Shown here piece after piece: positions 16,843-26,511 of a stretch of 60,824 bases of DNA (position 1 is the first letter of the stretch; the number at the start of each line of letters is the position of its first letter). This DNA comes from an uncultured Mediterraneibacter sp. GTDB lineage: Bacteria > Bacillota > Clostridia > Lachnospirales > Lachnospiraceae. The stretch spans positions 1-60,824 of the forward strand of contig CALWQP010000017.1 in the NCBI GenBank assembly GCA_944383695.1. Reading direction: 5' to 3'. The notes under the pieces were generated by a model, which saw only the letters and a list, made by a program, of their open reading frames with translations, did not search any database and was not told the origin of the DNA. The position numbers were made by a program, and so were the translations under genes.

Positions 16843-18924
16843 TTACTTCGTCAGAAGCATCATGATCTCATTACTTCTCTGCACGAATGCCGTCATCTCC
16901 TCCGGGCTCAGCGGCTTATGAGCCAGCATTGCCAGGTCATAGAGCTGTTTACAGATGATCGGTACGTTCTTGCTGCGCTTATGCTCTGTGAGGAACTTCA
17001 CCAGCGGATGATTTGCATTGAGCACCAGAGTTGCCTGGCTTCCGAACATGGACGCGTCCATTCCTCCCATGCCGTACATCTTCATCATCTCCGCCATACG
17101 CCGCTCCTGCTCGGACAGGACTGCCATGGAAGCCACCTTATCATCTTTCAGCTTTTCAACTTTGACATTCAGCTTGTCATTGTTCAGCTCTTTGCGGAAA
17201 ATTTCCACAAGGCTGTCCGCTGTCTTCTGGAAGGATTCCTTCTCATCTTCCGCGACTTCATCTTTCAGTGAACCATGCACATCTGCGTCAATCCTTAAGA
17301 ACTGGACATCCTGATGTTTCTGTTCCAGATAAGTTATGAATGCAGAGTCAATGTTGTGTGACAGAATAACAGCGTCCTGGCCCTGCTGCCTGAACATATT
17401 GATATACTGGCTCTGCTGTACCTCATCTGTCACATAGTAGATGCTGGTTTTTTCTCCCTCCACATTGTCATCAGAAGCTTTTGCTGTATCTGTCTGCGCG
17501 GTCTCAGCCGCGTCAGCTTCCTCAGCAGCGTTCTTCTCTCCTGCGCTCTCTTTGTTCTCCTCACTCTCTTTGATGATGTCATCCATCGTCAGATATTTGT
17601 GTTCCAGATTCTTATAGATCATAGAATCCTTCATCTTTTCGCCGAATTTCTCGTCTTTCAGGCACCCGAATTTGATGAATGGGCTGATATCGTCCCAGTA
17701 TTTCTCATAATTCTCGCGGTCTGTCTTGAACATTCCGGTCAGCTTGTCAGCCACTTTCTTAGAGATATAGTCCGCGACTTTATTGACGAATCCGTCGTTC
17801 TGAAGCGCGCTCCTGGACACGTTGAGAGGAAGGTCCGGACAGTCGATCACGCCTTTTAATACCATCAGGAATTCAGGGATCACTTCTTTGATATTGTCCG
17901 CGATGAACACCTGGTTATTATACAGCTTGATCGTTCCTTCAATGGACTCGTACTCTGTATTGATCTTTGGGAAATAAAGGATTCCCTTTAAGTTAAATGG
18001 GTAGTCCATGTTCAGATGGATCCAGAACAATGGCTCTTTATAATCCATAAATACCTTGCGGTAAAAGTCAATGTACTCTTCCTTTGTACATTCACTCGGG
18101 CTCTTGCCCCACAGTGGATGGGTATCATTGATCGGAACCGGACGTTTCACGATCTTAACTTTCTTTTTCGGCTCTGCCTTTTCGCCGTCCTTTTCTTCTC
18201 CATCCTTTTCCGGCGCTTCTTCGATATGCTCTACTACCTCGTCTGTGTCGAGAAGGTCTTCCTCATCGATGGTCTCGTACTCTGGCTCTGCATTTGCCTT
18301 TGACAGGTAAATCTCTACCGGCATGAAGGAGCAGTATTTCTCCAGAACCTCTCTTGTGCGGTACTCATTTGCAAACGCAAGACTGTCTTCGTTTAAGAAC
18401 AGGGTGATCTCTGTGCCCACTGTTGTCTTGCTGCCGTCCTGCATCTCATACTCTGTGCCGCCCTGGCTTGCCCAATGTACCGGCTCTGCGCCCTCTTTAT
18501 AGGAAAGGGTATCGATCTGCACTTCATCAGCAACCATAAATGCGGAATAAAATCCGAGACCGAAATGACCGATCATATCATCCTCAGTGGTCTTATCTTT
18601 ATATTTCTCAAGGAACTGTGTCGCTCCTGAAAATGCAATCTGCGTGATATACTCTTCCACCTCGTCAGATGTCATTCCGAGGCCATTGTCGATAAATTTC
18701 ATCGTCTTTTCTTCCGGATTCACAATCACTTCGATCTTCGGCTTATAATCCTCCGGAAGCTCATACTCGCCCACCATGTCCAGCTTCTTCAGCTTGGTGA
18801 TGGCGTCGCATCCGTTGGATACCATTTCCCGCACAAAAATATCATGATCCGAATATACCCATTTCTTTATGATCGGGAATATATTCTCACTGTCAATAGA
18901 TAAGTTGCCTTTTTTCACTGCCAT
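16843..18924 (-). CDS. htpG: Molecular chaperone HtpG (Hsp90).
   Basis: HATPase_c N-domain (FIRELVSNGCDA-like VREMVSNGCDAITKL), an Hsp90 middle domain and a C-terminal domain. RBS AAGGAG sits 8 nt before the ATG at 18924. Confidence 0.95.
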   Translation of the reverse strand: MAVKKGNLSIDSENIFPIIKKWVYSDHDIFVREMVSNGCDAITKLKKLDMVGEYELPEDYKPKIEVIVNPEEKTMKFIDNGLGMTSDEVEEYITQIAFSGATQFLEKYKDKTTEDDMIGHFGLGFYSAFMVADEVQIDTLSYKEGAEPVHWASQGGTEYEMQDGSKTTVGTEITLFLNEDSLAFANEYRTREVLEKYCSFMPVEIYLSKANAEPEYETIDEEDLLDTDEVVEHIEEAPEKDGEEKDGEKAEPKKKVKIVKRPVPINDTHPLWGKSPSECTKEEYIDFYRKVFMDYKEPLFWIHLNMDYPFNLKGILYFPKINTEYESIEGTIKLYNNQVFIADNIKEVIPEFLMVLKGVIDCPDLPLNVSRSALQNDGFVNKVADYISKKVADKLTGMFKTDRENYEKYWDDISPFIKFGCLKDEKFGEKMKDSMIYKNLEHKYLTMDDIIKESEENKESAGEKNAAEEADAAETAQTDTAKASDDNVEGEKTSIYYVTDEVQQSQYINMFRQQGQDAVILSHNIDSAFITYLEQKHQDVQFLRIDADVHGSLKDEVAEDEKESFQKTADSLVEIFRKELNNDKLNVKVEKLKDDKVASMAVLSEQERRMAEMMKMYGMGGMDASMFGSQATLVLNANHPLVKFLTEHKRSKNVPIICKQLYDLAMLAHKPLSPEEMTAFVQRSNEIMMLLTK

Positions 18925-19036
18925 ATTGAACACTCCTTTTTATCATTACCAGGGCAGCATATTTTCCTGATATCAGCCACTGCCCTTTCGTCTAAAAAGT
19001 ATTCTAGTACACCAGAATTTAAAAGTCAATAGAAAA

Positions 19037-19063
19037 TTAGCACTCTTTTCAATTGAGTGCTAA
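19037..19063. promoter_or_regulatory. CIRCE element (HrcA operator), a perfect match to TTAGCACTC-N9-GAGTGCTAA, upstream of htpG.
   Basis: ttagcactcttttcaattgagtgctaa. A TTGACT-17-TAGAAT promoter lies just downstream on the minus strand (-35 at 19024-19029, -10 at 19004-19009). Confidence 0.85.
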
Positions 19064-19152
19064 CAATTTGTTTTGCAGCCTCTTTTTCATCTGCGAAATA
19101 TAATTCTCTGTAATCGGCAGTTTCAGAATCCCCGATGTCCTGCAGTTTATAA

Positions 19153-19181
19153 TTGAGTATCTTAATAAAAAGCTGTATAAT
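19153..19181 (+). promoter_or_regulatory. sigma70 promoter for the SMR gene (TTGAGT-17-TATAAT).
   Basis: ttgagtatcttaataaaaagctgtataat. Confidence 0.6.
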
Positions 19182-19238
19182 CATCTTGACATTGTCGTTT
19201 CAGAAAGAAGCGGCATCTCAGAAAAATGACCCGGAGGG

Positions 19239-19571
19239 ATGATCATGCACTATATATTATTAGGAGCTGCCATTATATTTGAAATAATCGCCACAACCCT
19301 ATTAAAAGCATCGGAAGGATTTTCGAAACTCATACCTGCTGCCGGGTGTGTTATTTTTTATGTGCTGTGTTTCTATTCGTTTTCAAAAGCTCTGCTTAAG
19401 ATCAACTTAGGAGTGGCCTACGCGACATGGTGCGCCGGAGGGATCGTTGCTACGGCCGTTATTTCCTCCGTAGTGTTCGGGCAGAAACTGAACACGATCG
19501 GGATCATAGCGGTTATACTGATCGTGACAGGCTGTGTCATATTGAATCTTTACGGAACATCCGGTCACTGA
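19239..19571 (+). CDS. SMR family multidrug efflux transporter (EmrE/QacE-like, 4 TM).
   Basis: ILLGAAIIFEIIATTLLKASEGF...AYATWCAGGIVATAV is the SMR signature with the conserved Glu in TM1. Confidence 0.9.
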   Translation: MIMHYILLGAAIIFEIIATTLLKASEGFSKLIPAAGCVIFYVLCFYSFSKALLKINLGVAYATWCAGGIVATAVISSVVFGQKLNTIGIIAVILIVTGCVILNLYGTSGH

Positions 19572-19622
19572 GTAAACGTTCAGAACGGCTGAATGTCTGT
19601 CCAATAATAAAAAGGAGGATGC

Positions 19623-19754
19623 TATGAAAACATGTTTCACTCTGCCTGACGGCTACACTGAGCTGCAACAGCTCGATCTTCAGAAGAATCCTAAGCTGGC
19701 ACTGCTTATCAACGCGCTGGTTCTTCATATCATACGGTTTATCAGACTCAGTCA
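19623..19754 (+). pseudogene. Truncated DUF3267-like (putative zincin peptidase family) gene. Only the first 43 codons remain.
   Basis: MKTCFTLPDGYTELQQLDLQKNPKLALLINALVL matches the characteristic DUF3267 N-terminus (LPEGYxEI..IDLQKDKKxAL). Strong RBS AAAGGAGG; the ORF stops after 43 aa just before the next gene. Confidence 0.4.
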
Positions 19755-19769
19755 CAGGAGGTTTTTATC

Positions 19770-20276
19770 ATGAACACTGCATTCAAAGCAAAAAAAGCAG
19801 AAACCGCTGATCAGGTCCGCGAAATCGCTGACCTTGCCAAGATCATCTGGAACGAACATTTCACTCCCATTATCGGGAAAAATCAAGTGGATTATATGGT
19901 AGAAAAATTCCAGTCCTATCCGGCCCTGAACGAACAGATCGCAGACGGATATGAATATTATCAGATTTTTGATGACGGAGAATTCTGCGGGTACACAGGC
20001 ATCCACCCGGGGGAGGACAACAGGCTGTTCCTGAGCAAGCTCTACATCAAAAAAGAATGCCGCGGACGCCATCTGGCGACTCAGGCATTCAACTTCCTAA
20101 AAGATCTGTGCAGGGAACACGGATATTCCTCCATCTGGCTTACCTGCAACAAACATAACGATAATACACTCGGCGTGTACCGCCATCTCGGCTTTGAGAC
20201 GATCGGCACACAAGAGGCCGACATTGGCGGGGGCTTTATCATGGATGATTATATCATGGAATATAAAATTTCATAA
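19770..20276 (+). CDS. GNAT family N-acetyltransferase.
   Basis: Acetyl-CoA binding motif region (KECRGRHLATQAFNFLKD) and about 168 aa. RBS is CAGGAGG. Confidence 0.85.
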   Translation: MNTAFKAKKAETADQVREIADLAKIIWNEHFTPIIGKNQVDYMVEKFQSYPALNEQIADGYEYYQIFDDGEFCGYTGIHPGEDNRLFLSKLYIKKECRGRHLATQAFNFLKDLCREHGYSSIWLTCNKHNDNTLGVYRHLGFETIGTQEADIGGGFIMDDYIMEYKIS

Positions 20277-20371
20277 AATGTGAACAGCGCCAGACCCCAA
20301 AGAAAAAATTCTGACAATTTTCCTTAAGGGGTCTGCCTCCTTTTATGTTTGTTTTCTGAGTTTTCAGTCTT

Positions 20372-20890
20372 TTATACCGTCTCAGGTTCATCATATGCTT
20401 CGCCGAACAGCTCCACGGTCACTTTTTTCATTACCTGAGGCTCAAGCGGGCGGTCGCTGTAATCTGTAGCAGCCTCCGCGATTTTATTCACCACGCCCAT
20501 TCCGTCCGTGATCTTTCCAAACGCAGCGTATGCTCCGTCCAAGTGCGGCGCCTTCTCATGCATGATGAAAAACTGGCTTCCTGCGGAATCCGGATGCATT
20601 GCACGTGCCATGGAGAGCACCCCCGGATCGTGTGCAAGGGCGTTTTCAAAACCGTTCTGTGCGAATTCCCCTTTGATCGAATATCCCGGACCGCCCATCC
20701 CATTTCCGTCCGGACATCCGCCCTGGATCATAAAGCCGCGGATAACACGGTGAAAGATCAGGCCGTCATAAAACCCCTTATTGATCAGGGAAATAAAATT
20801 CTTTACTGTATTCGGGGCGACCTCGGGATAAAGCTCTGCCTTCATAATGTCGCCGTTTTCCATTTCAAATGTAACAACTGGATTTGCCAT
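20372..20890 (-). CDS. ppiB: Peptidylprolyl isomerase, cyclophilin type.
   Basis: FHRVIRGFMIQGGCP, ...GVLSMARAMHPDSAGSQFFI.... The start at MANPVV follows the RBS AGAGGAAAA. Confidence 0.9.
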   Translation of the reverse strand: MANPVVTFEMENGDIMKAELYPEVAPNTVKNFISLINKGFYDGLIFHRVIRGFMIQGGCPDGNGMGGPGYSIKGEFAQNGFENALAHDPGVLSMARAMHPDSAGSQFFIMHEKAPHLDGAYAAFGKITDGMGVVNKIAEAATDYSDRPLEPQVMKKVTVELFGEAYDEPETV

Positions 20891-21044
20891 GATTATTTTC
20901 CTCTTTTCCACTAAATTTATTGCGCCTTCATTGTATCGGATTTCTTTTCCCTCGTCAATCCAGATCGGTGTCACCATATAGATATTCCCCACATTGATGA
21001 CATCCTGACCGACGCCATCTGGCCCCTGTCATTCCAACCAGACA

Positions 21045-22208
21045 TTATAAATCTAAAGTTTTCCCATAAAAGCGGCTCTTCACTCCAAGCTGATGACAGA
21101 TCGTATTTGCCGCGCAGGTGAATCCATCGCATGTTCCGTATGATCTTCCTTTTGTATAGTTCTTATTATACATGAGTACAGGCACATCTTCTCTTGTGTG
21201 GTCAGTAGTTTTCATATACGCCGGGTCACAGCCGTGGTCTGCCGAAATGATCAGCAAGTCATCGTCTTTCATCGTTTCCATGAACCCGGTCAGAAAACCA
21301 TCGAATTCTGTCAAAGCCTGCGCATACCCATCCACATCTCTTCTGTGCCCGTACAGCATATCAAAGTCTACCAGGTTCAGAAAACATAAGCCCGAAAAAT
21401 CCCGCTCACTGATCATCCTCAACTTTTCCATGCCATCTGTATTACCCGCCGTTTTATATGATTCAGTAATTCCTTTTCCATTGAAGATATCGACGATCTT
21501 TCCAAGTGCTATTACATCTTTGCCATGACCAGCCAACAAATCCAGCATCGTAGGAGCCGGAGGCGACAGGGCAAAGTCATGCCGGTTGGATGTTCTGCGG
21601 AAGCTGTCCGAGGACGTTCCCACAAAAGGCCTTGCGATCACACGCCCGACCGCCATATCTCCGCTCAGTATCTTCCGTGCGGTCTCACAATACTCATATA
21701 ACTGCTCCACCGGAACGATGGATTCATTTGCCGCTATCTGGCAGACACTGTCAGCACTTGTATACAAGATCAGAGCTCCGGTCCTCAGATGTTCTTCTCC
21801 GTATTTTTTTATTACTTCTGTCCCGGAATAGGGCTTGTTGCATATACATTTCCTGCCGGTCCTTTTTTCAAACTCATCGGTAAATTCTTTCGGAAACCCA
21901 TCCGGGAACACAGGCATAGCCTTTTCACTGATAACTCCCGCCAGTTCCCAATGACCGATGATCGTGTCCTTTCCCCGGCTTTTCTCCCGCAGGCGCCCAT
22001 AATTTCCCACCGGCTGATCTACTGGAGTCCCGCAGCTTACTCCTTCAATATTAAATAACCCCAGTCTCTGCATGTTCGGACAGTAAAATTTTTCACTTTT
22101 CACAACACTTCCCAATGTATTTGCTTTTTCATCTCCAAATTCTGCAGCGTCAGGGGCAGCCCCGATCCCAAAACTGTCCAGCACAACCATAAATATTCGC
22201 TTCATCAT
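21045..22208 (-). CDS. deoB: Phosphopentomutase.
   Basis: MKRIFMVVLDSFGIGAAPDA, ...GHRRD... and ...SADHGCDP... are metalloenzyme phosphopentomutase motifs. Confidence 0.9.
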   Translation of the reverse strand: MMKRIFMVVLDSFGIGAAPDAAEFGDEKANTLGSVVKSEKFYCPNMQRLGLFNIEGVSCGTPVDQPVGNYGRLREKSRGKDTIIGHWELAGVISEKAMPVFPDGFPKEFTDEFEKRTGRKCICNKPYSGTEVIKKYGEEHLRTGALILYTSADSVCQIAANESIVPVEQLYEYCETARKILSGDMAVGRVIARPFVGTSSDSFRRTSNRHDFALSPPAPTMLDLLAGHGKDVIALGKIVDIFNGKGITESYKTAGNTDGMEKLRMISERDFSGLCFLNLVDFDMLYGHRRDVDGYAQALTEFDGFLTGFMETMKDDDLLIISADHGCDPAYMKTTDHTREDVPVLMYNKNYTKGRSYGTCDGFTCAANTICHQLGVKSRFYGKTLDL

Positions 22209-22415
22209 TTTCCCAGCTTTCCTGTTTTTACAGCTATTTTATCGCAGTCAGCCGCCTTATGCAAGCAAAGCAGAGAGCCTGACTTTGCTTTATAGTCGGA
22301 ATGTACATTTTTTTCTCTCTTTTTTAGTCACTCGTGACATTGTCCATTTCCTCATGAGAGATTATACTGTTTTCAGATTCAACGAAACTGATTTCATGAA
22401 GGAGGCTACATAACA

Positions 22416-23528
22416 ATGGCAAGTTTATCACTTGAAGGTATTCAGAAGATCTACCCGAACGGATTTCATGCGGTAAAGGATTTCAATCTTGATATCGAAG
22501 ATAAAGAGTTCATCATCTTCGTAGGACCGTCAGGATGCGGAAAATCTACGACGCTTCGTATGATCGCAGGTCTGGAGGACATCTCCGGCGGTACGCTTAA
22601 GATCGACGGCAAGGTCATGAACGATGTAGAGCCGAAGGACCGCGATATTGCTATGGTATTCCAGAACTACGCTCTGTACCCGCATATGACAGTATATGAT
22701 AACATGGCATTCGGACTGAAGCTTCGTAAAGTCCCGAAGGCTGAGATCGATAAGAAGGTAAAAGAGGCTGCAAAGATCCTTGACCTGGAAAAACTTCTTG
22801 ACCGCAAACCGAAGGCTCTCTCCGGCGGACAGAGACAGCGTGTTGCCATGGGACGTGCCATCGTCCGTAACCCGAAGGTATTCCTGATGGACGAGCCGCT
22901 CTCCAACCTGGATGCGAAACTGAGAGTCCAGATGCGTATCGAGATTTCCAAGCTTCACGAGAACCTGGGCGCTACAATCATCTATGTAACACATGACCAG
23001 ACAGAGGCTATGACCCTTGGTACAAGGATCGTTGTTATGAAGGACGGCGTTGTACAGCAGGTAGATACACCGCAGAACCTTTACAATACACCGTGCAATC
23101 TGTTCGTTGCAGGATTCATCGGCTCTCCACAGATGAACTTCCTTGATGCTGTATGCTCCGTCAAAGGCGAGGATGTTGCTCTGAAGGTTGGACAGTATGA
23201 ACTGAAAGTTCCTGCTTCCAAGAAGAAAGCGCTTATTGACGGAGGATATGACGGAAAAACTGTCGTTCTCGGAATCCGTCCTGAGGATGTCCATGATTCA
23301 GAGGCATTTATCAGCAACTCACCGGACAGCGTGATCGAGTCAACGATCAAAGTTTACGAGCTGCTCGGCGCAGAAGTGTTCCTGTACTTTGACGTAGAAG
23401 GCGTTCAGATGACAGCTCGCGTTAACCCGCGTACAACACTGAGAACAGGTGATAAAGCCGTATTTGCACTTGATATGGAGAAGATCCATCTCTTTGACAA
23501 AGAGACAGAGTTGACGATTACAAACTAA
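22416..23528 (+). CDS. msmK: Multiple-sugar ABC transporter ATP-binding protein (MsmK/MsmX/UgpC/MalK family).
   Basis: GPSGCGKST, LSGGQRQRVA, FLMDEPLSNLD, plus a C-terminal TOBE/MalK regulatory domain. Confidence 0.85.
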   Translation: MASLSLEGIQKIYPNGFHAVKDFNLDIEDKEFIIFVGPSGCGKSTTLRMIAGLEDISGGTLKIDGKVMNDVEPKDRDIAMVFQNYALYPHMTVYDNMAFGLKLRKVPKAEIDKKVKEAAKILDLEKLLDRKPKALSGGQRQRVAMGRAIVRNPKVFLMDEPLSNLDAKLRVQMRIEISKLHENLGATIIYVTHDQTEAMTLGTRIVVMKDGVVQQVDTPQNLYNTPCNLFVAGFIGSPQMNFLDAVCSVKGEDVALKVGQYELKVPASKKKALIDGGYDGKTVVLGIRPEDVHDSEAFISNSPDSVIESTIKVYELLGAEVFLYFDVEGVQMTARVNPRTTLRTGDKAVFALDMEKIHLFDKETELTITN

Positions 23529-23627
23529 TGCTATAAAATTGGAATAGCAGCGCAGCGGTTGCTAAGATGCTATTCTCAGCTGGTCGGATCTGACCGACAG
23601 CTGCCGCTTAATTATCATGTATATGAG

Positions 23628-23663
23628 GGGGCTGCACTTTTAGCGGGTGCAGCCCTTTTGTTC
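23628..23663 (+). terminator. Rho-independent terminator after the msmK-like gene (GGGGCTGCAC..GTGCAGCCC followed by TTTTGTTC).
   Basis: gggggctgcacttttagcgggtgcagcccttttgttc. Confidence 0.8.
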
Positions 23664-23678
23664 AAAACGAGGAAAAAG

Positions 23679-24584
23679 ATGGACCACACACAGGAATTGC
23701 AAAAGGCACTACAAGAATTGAGACGCATCACCGGCATTACCCTCGATGTGTCAGTTGATTCCCCCGGACAGGCAGAGCAGGCTATCTCTCAGATACGCTG
23801 TCTGTGCACAGCCTACAAAGAGAAATATAACAAGACTGATTTTCTCCAGAGTCTTCTGACCGGAGGGATTCCACCTTATGACATCCATGAACGCGCAGCC
23901 CGTCTCCATATAAGCACGGACGACAAACGCGTACTGTTTCTGCTCGAGACAAAAGCCACGGATGATACCGTGACAGAGATACTGAAAAGTCTGTTTCCAT
24001 CACAGACAAAGACTCATCTCGTCCCCATATCTGCGAATGCAGCAGCCATCCTGTGCACGATACGCTCGTCGGAAACTCCTGACGATATCCGGAATACAGC
24101 CCATGCCATTGTGGATACGCTGAACACCGAAGCGCTTGCCCAAGTCCGGCTCGCCTACAGTTCCGTTATCGACACGCTTGCCGGCCTTCCCGATGCTTTT
24201 CAGGAGGCAAGCCTTGCATTGAAAGTGGGAAAGCTTTTTTATTCGGAGCAGACGATTTTCCCATATAATGAACTTGGGATCGGACGGCTCATCTACCGGC
24301 TTCCCTTCCCTTTGTGTGAAAGTTTTCTGAGAGAAATCTTCGGCGAAGATATCCCTGATTCGTTTGATGAAGAAACTACTGCCACGATCAACCGTTTCTT
24401 TCAGAGCAACCTCAACATTGCCGAAACCTCTCGTCAGCTCCATATGCACCGGAACACTCTGATCTACCGTCTGGAACAGATACAGAAACGTACTGGTCTT
24501 GACCTCCGTCTCTTTGAAGACGCCATGACTTTTAAAGTTGCCACAATGGTAATAAACTATCTACATGCAGAAAGGAACCAGTAA
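23679..24584 (+). CDS. PucR/CdaR-family transcriptional regulator (C-terminal PucR HTH).
   Basis: C-terminal ETSRQLHMHRNTLIYRLEQIQKRTGLDLRLFEDAMTFKVA. The start at MDHTQ (23679) has the RBS GAGGAAAAAG. Confidence 0.7.
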   Translation: MDHTQELQKALQELRRITGITLDVSVDSPGQAEQAISQIRCLCTAYKEKYNKTDFLQSLLTGGIPPYDIHERAARLHISTDDKRVLFLLETKATDDTVTEILKSLFPSQTKTHLVPISANAAAILCTIRSSETPDDIRNTAHAIVDTLNTEALAQVRLAYSSVIDTLAGLPDAFQEASLALKVGKLFYSEQTIFPYNELGIGRLIYRLPFPLCESFLREIFGEDIPDSFDEETTATINRFFQSNLNIAETSRQLHMHRNTLIYRLEQIQKRTGLDLRLFEDAMTFKVATMVINYLHAERNQ

Positions 24585-24587
24585 ACC

Positions 24588-25088
24588 ATGAATGATGCAT
24601 TATACGAACTGATTGTAGCACGCAGACCCAAACCTTATGATTTGCCGGTGCGTATCCTGGTGATCCTGGCAGTTGTTGCCATAGCTGTCCTGGGAATGCC
24701 TTTCCTTGGCTTTTTTTCCTTTACGATCGCGCTATTAGCCGCAGTACTGGCATATTATTTTATCTTCCCGAAACTTAATGTAGAATATGAATACATACTG
24801 CTGAACCACGACATCCAGATCGATGTAATCTACAATCGCGCAAAAAGAAAGCCCCTGCAAAACTTTGATATCCAGACGGCTGAGATCATTGCCCCCAAGG
24901 GATCTCCCAGGCTGAATTCCTTCAAGCCGGACAAAGTATTTGACTTCAGTTCGGGAAATCCGTCCGCAAAGGTATACGCCATCATGATAGCGCTGAACAA
25001 AAACAATGCATGCGTCTATATCGAGCCGGACGAAAAGATGCTCGAGCATATGAAACGCTGGATGGGAATGAAAATGTACCAGGACTAA
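24588..25088 (+). CDS. Hypothetical two-TM membrane protein co-transcribed with the PucR regulator.
   Basis: 166-aa ORF. Hydrophobic segments LPVRILVILAVVAIAVLGMPFLGFFSFTIALLAAVLAYYFIF. Confidence 0.5.
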   Translation: MNDALYELIVARRPKPYDLPVRILVILAVVAIAVLGMPFLGFFSFTIALLAAVLAYYFIFPKLNVEYEYILLNHDIQIDVIYNRAKRKPLQNFDIQTAEIIAPKGSPRLNSFKPDKVFDFSSGNPSAKVYAIMIALNKNNACVYIEPDEKMLEHMKRWMGMKMYQD

Positions 25089-25139
25089 ATCTGAAATTGT
25101 CACGAGATTTCTCCAAGTTGAACATTAGCAGAAAGCAGC

Positions 25140-25189
25140 GGAGCGCATTATCGCACACCTTTCAGTGCAGGTGTGCGATAATGCGCTCC
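25140..25189. terminator. Very stable 20-bp perfect hairpin between convergent genes; a bidirectional terminator.
   Basis: ggagcgcattatcgcacacc tttcagtgca ggtgtgcgataatgcgctcc. Confidence 0.7.
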
Positions 25190-25239
25190 AAGATTTTCGG
25201 ATATTTTACTCAATCACAGCCTCCCCGGAAAATACAGAT

Positions 25240-26511
25240 TTACGCTTCATCTATGGCTTTTCCGATATCGTGTCTCATATATTTATTCCCGAACCGCACC
25301 CATTCTGTCGCAGCATAAGCGTTTTTCCGCGCTTCTTTCAGGTCTTTCCCCTTTGCGGTCACGCCGAGCACGCGCCCGCCGTTTGTGACGATCTGATCTC
25401 CGTCAAACTTTGTCCCTGCATGGAAACAGTAGTAACCGTCATGTTTCTTGAATTCATCAAGACCGCTGATAGGGAAGCCTTTCTCGTACTTCACCGGATA
25501 CCCATCTGACGCAAGCACCACGCACACAGCAGCGTTGTCCTCGAACTGAAGGTCAACCTGATCCAGCGTCCCGTCAATGCACGCCTCGACTACGTCTATG
25601 ATATCATTTTTCATTCGAGGGAGCACGACCTGCGCCTCCGGATCTCCGAATCTTGCATTGTACTCCAGCACCTTCGGTCCGTCGGCCGTAAGCATCAGCC
25701 CGAAGAAGATCACGCCTTTGAAGGGGCGTCCCTCGGCTGCCATCGCGTCAACTGTCGGCTGATAGATATATTTATCACAGAATGCTTCCACTTCTTTTGT
25801 GTAGAATGGGCTGGGGGAGAAGGTTCCCATGCCGCCTGTGTTCAGACCGGTATCGCCGTCCCCCGCGCGCTTATGGTCCTGCGCGCTGGTCATTGTTTTT
25901 ATTGTCTTCCCATCCACAAAGGAAAGTACGGACACCTCACGCCCAGTCATGAATTCTTCAATGACCATCTCATTTCCCGCTGTTCCGAACTTCTTATCCA
26001 GCATGATCGTTTTGACGCCTTCTCTTGCCTCTTCCATATCCTGGCAGATGAGAACGCCTTTTCCAAGCGCCAGACCGTCTGCCTTGAGGACAATAGGGAA
26101 TTTCGCTGTTTCCAGATAGGCAAGCGCTTTATCCGGATCAGTGAAGTTCTCATATGCCGCTGTGGGAATATTGTATTTTTTCATCAGGTCCTTGGAAAAT
26201 GCTTTCGAACCTTCCAGAATCGCGGCATTTTTCCGTGGTCCGAACGTACGGATACCTGCCGCTTCCAGTATATCCACAAGACCGCCCACCAGCGGGTCGT
26301 CCATTCCCACGATACACAGATCGATCTCCTTTTCTTTTGCAAATGCGGCAAGTTTCTCAAACTCCATGGGACCGATATCCACACATTCCGCATACTCCGC
26401 GATTCCCGCGTTTCCCGGCGCGCAATATATCTTATCCGCCCTCGGACTCTTTGCCACGCTCGCGGCAATCGCATGTTCTCTTCCTCCGCTTCCAACGATC
26501 AGTACTTTCAT
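25240..26511 (-). CDS. purD: Phosphoribosylamine--glycine ligase.
   Basis: MKVLIVGSGGREHAIA..., an ATP-grasp domain. The start at 26511 has the RBS AAAGGAGG and overlaps the purN stop. Confidence 0.95.
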   Translation of the reverse strand: MKVLIVGSGGREHAIAASVAKSPRADKIYCAPGNAGIAEYAECVDIGPMEFEKLAAFAKEKEIDLCIVGMDDPLVGGLVDILEAAGIRTFGPRKNAAILEGSKAFSKDLMKKYNIPTAAYENFTDPDKALAYLETAKFPIVLKADGLALGKGVLICQDMEEAREGVKTIMLDKKFGTAGNEMVIEEFMTGREVSVLSFVDGKTIKTMTSAQDHKRAGDGDTGLNTGGMGTFSPSPFYTKEVEAFCDKYIYQPTVDAMAAEGRPFKGVIFFGLMLTADGPKVLEYNARFGDPEAQVVLPRMKNDIIDVVEACIDGTLDQVDLQFEDNAAVCVVLASDGYPVKYEKGFPISGLDEFKKHDGYYCFHAGTKFDGDQIVTNGGRVLGVTAKGKDLKEARKNAYAATEWVRFGNKYMRHDIGKAIDEA

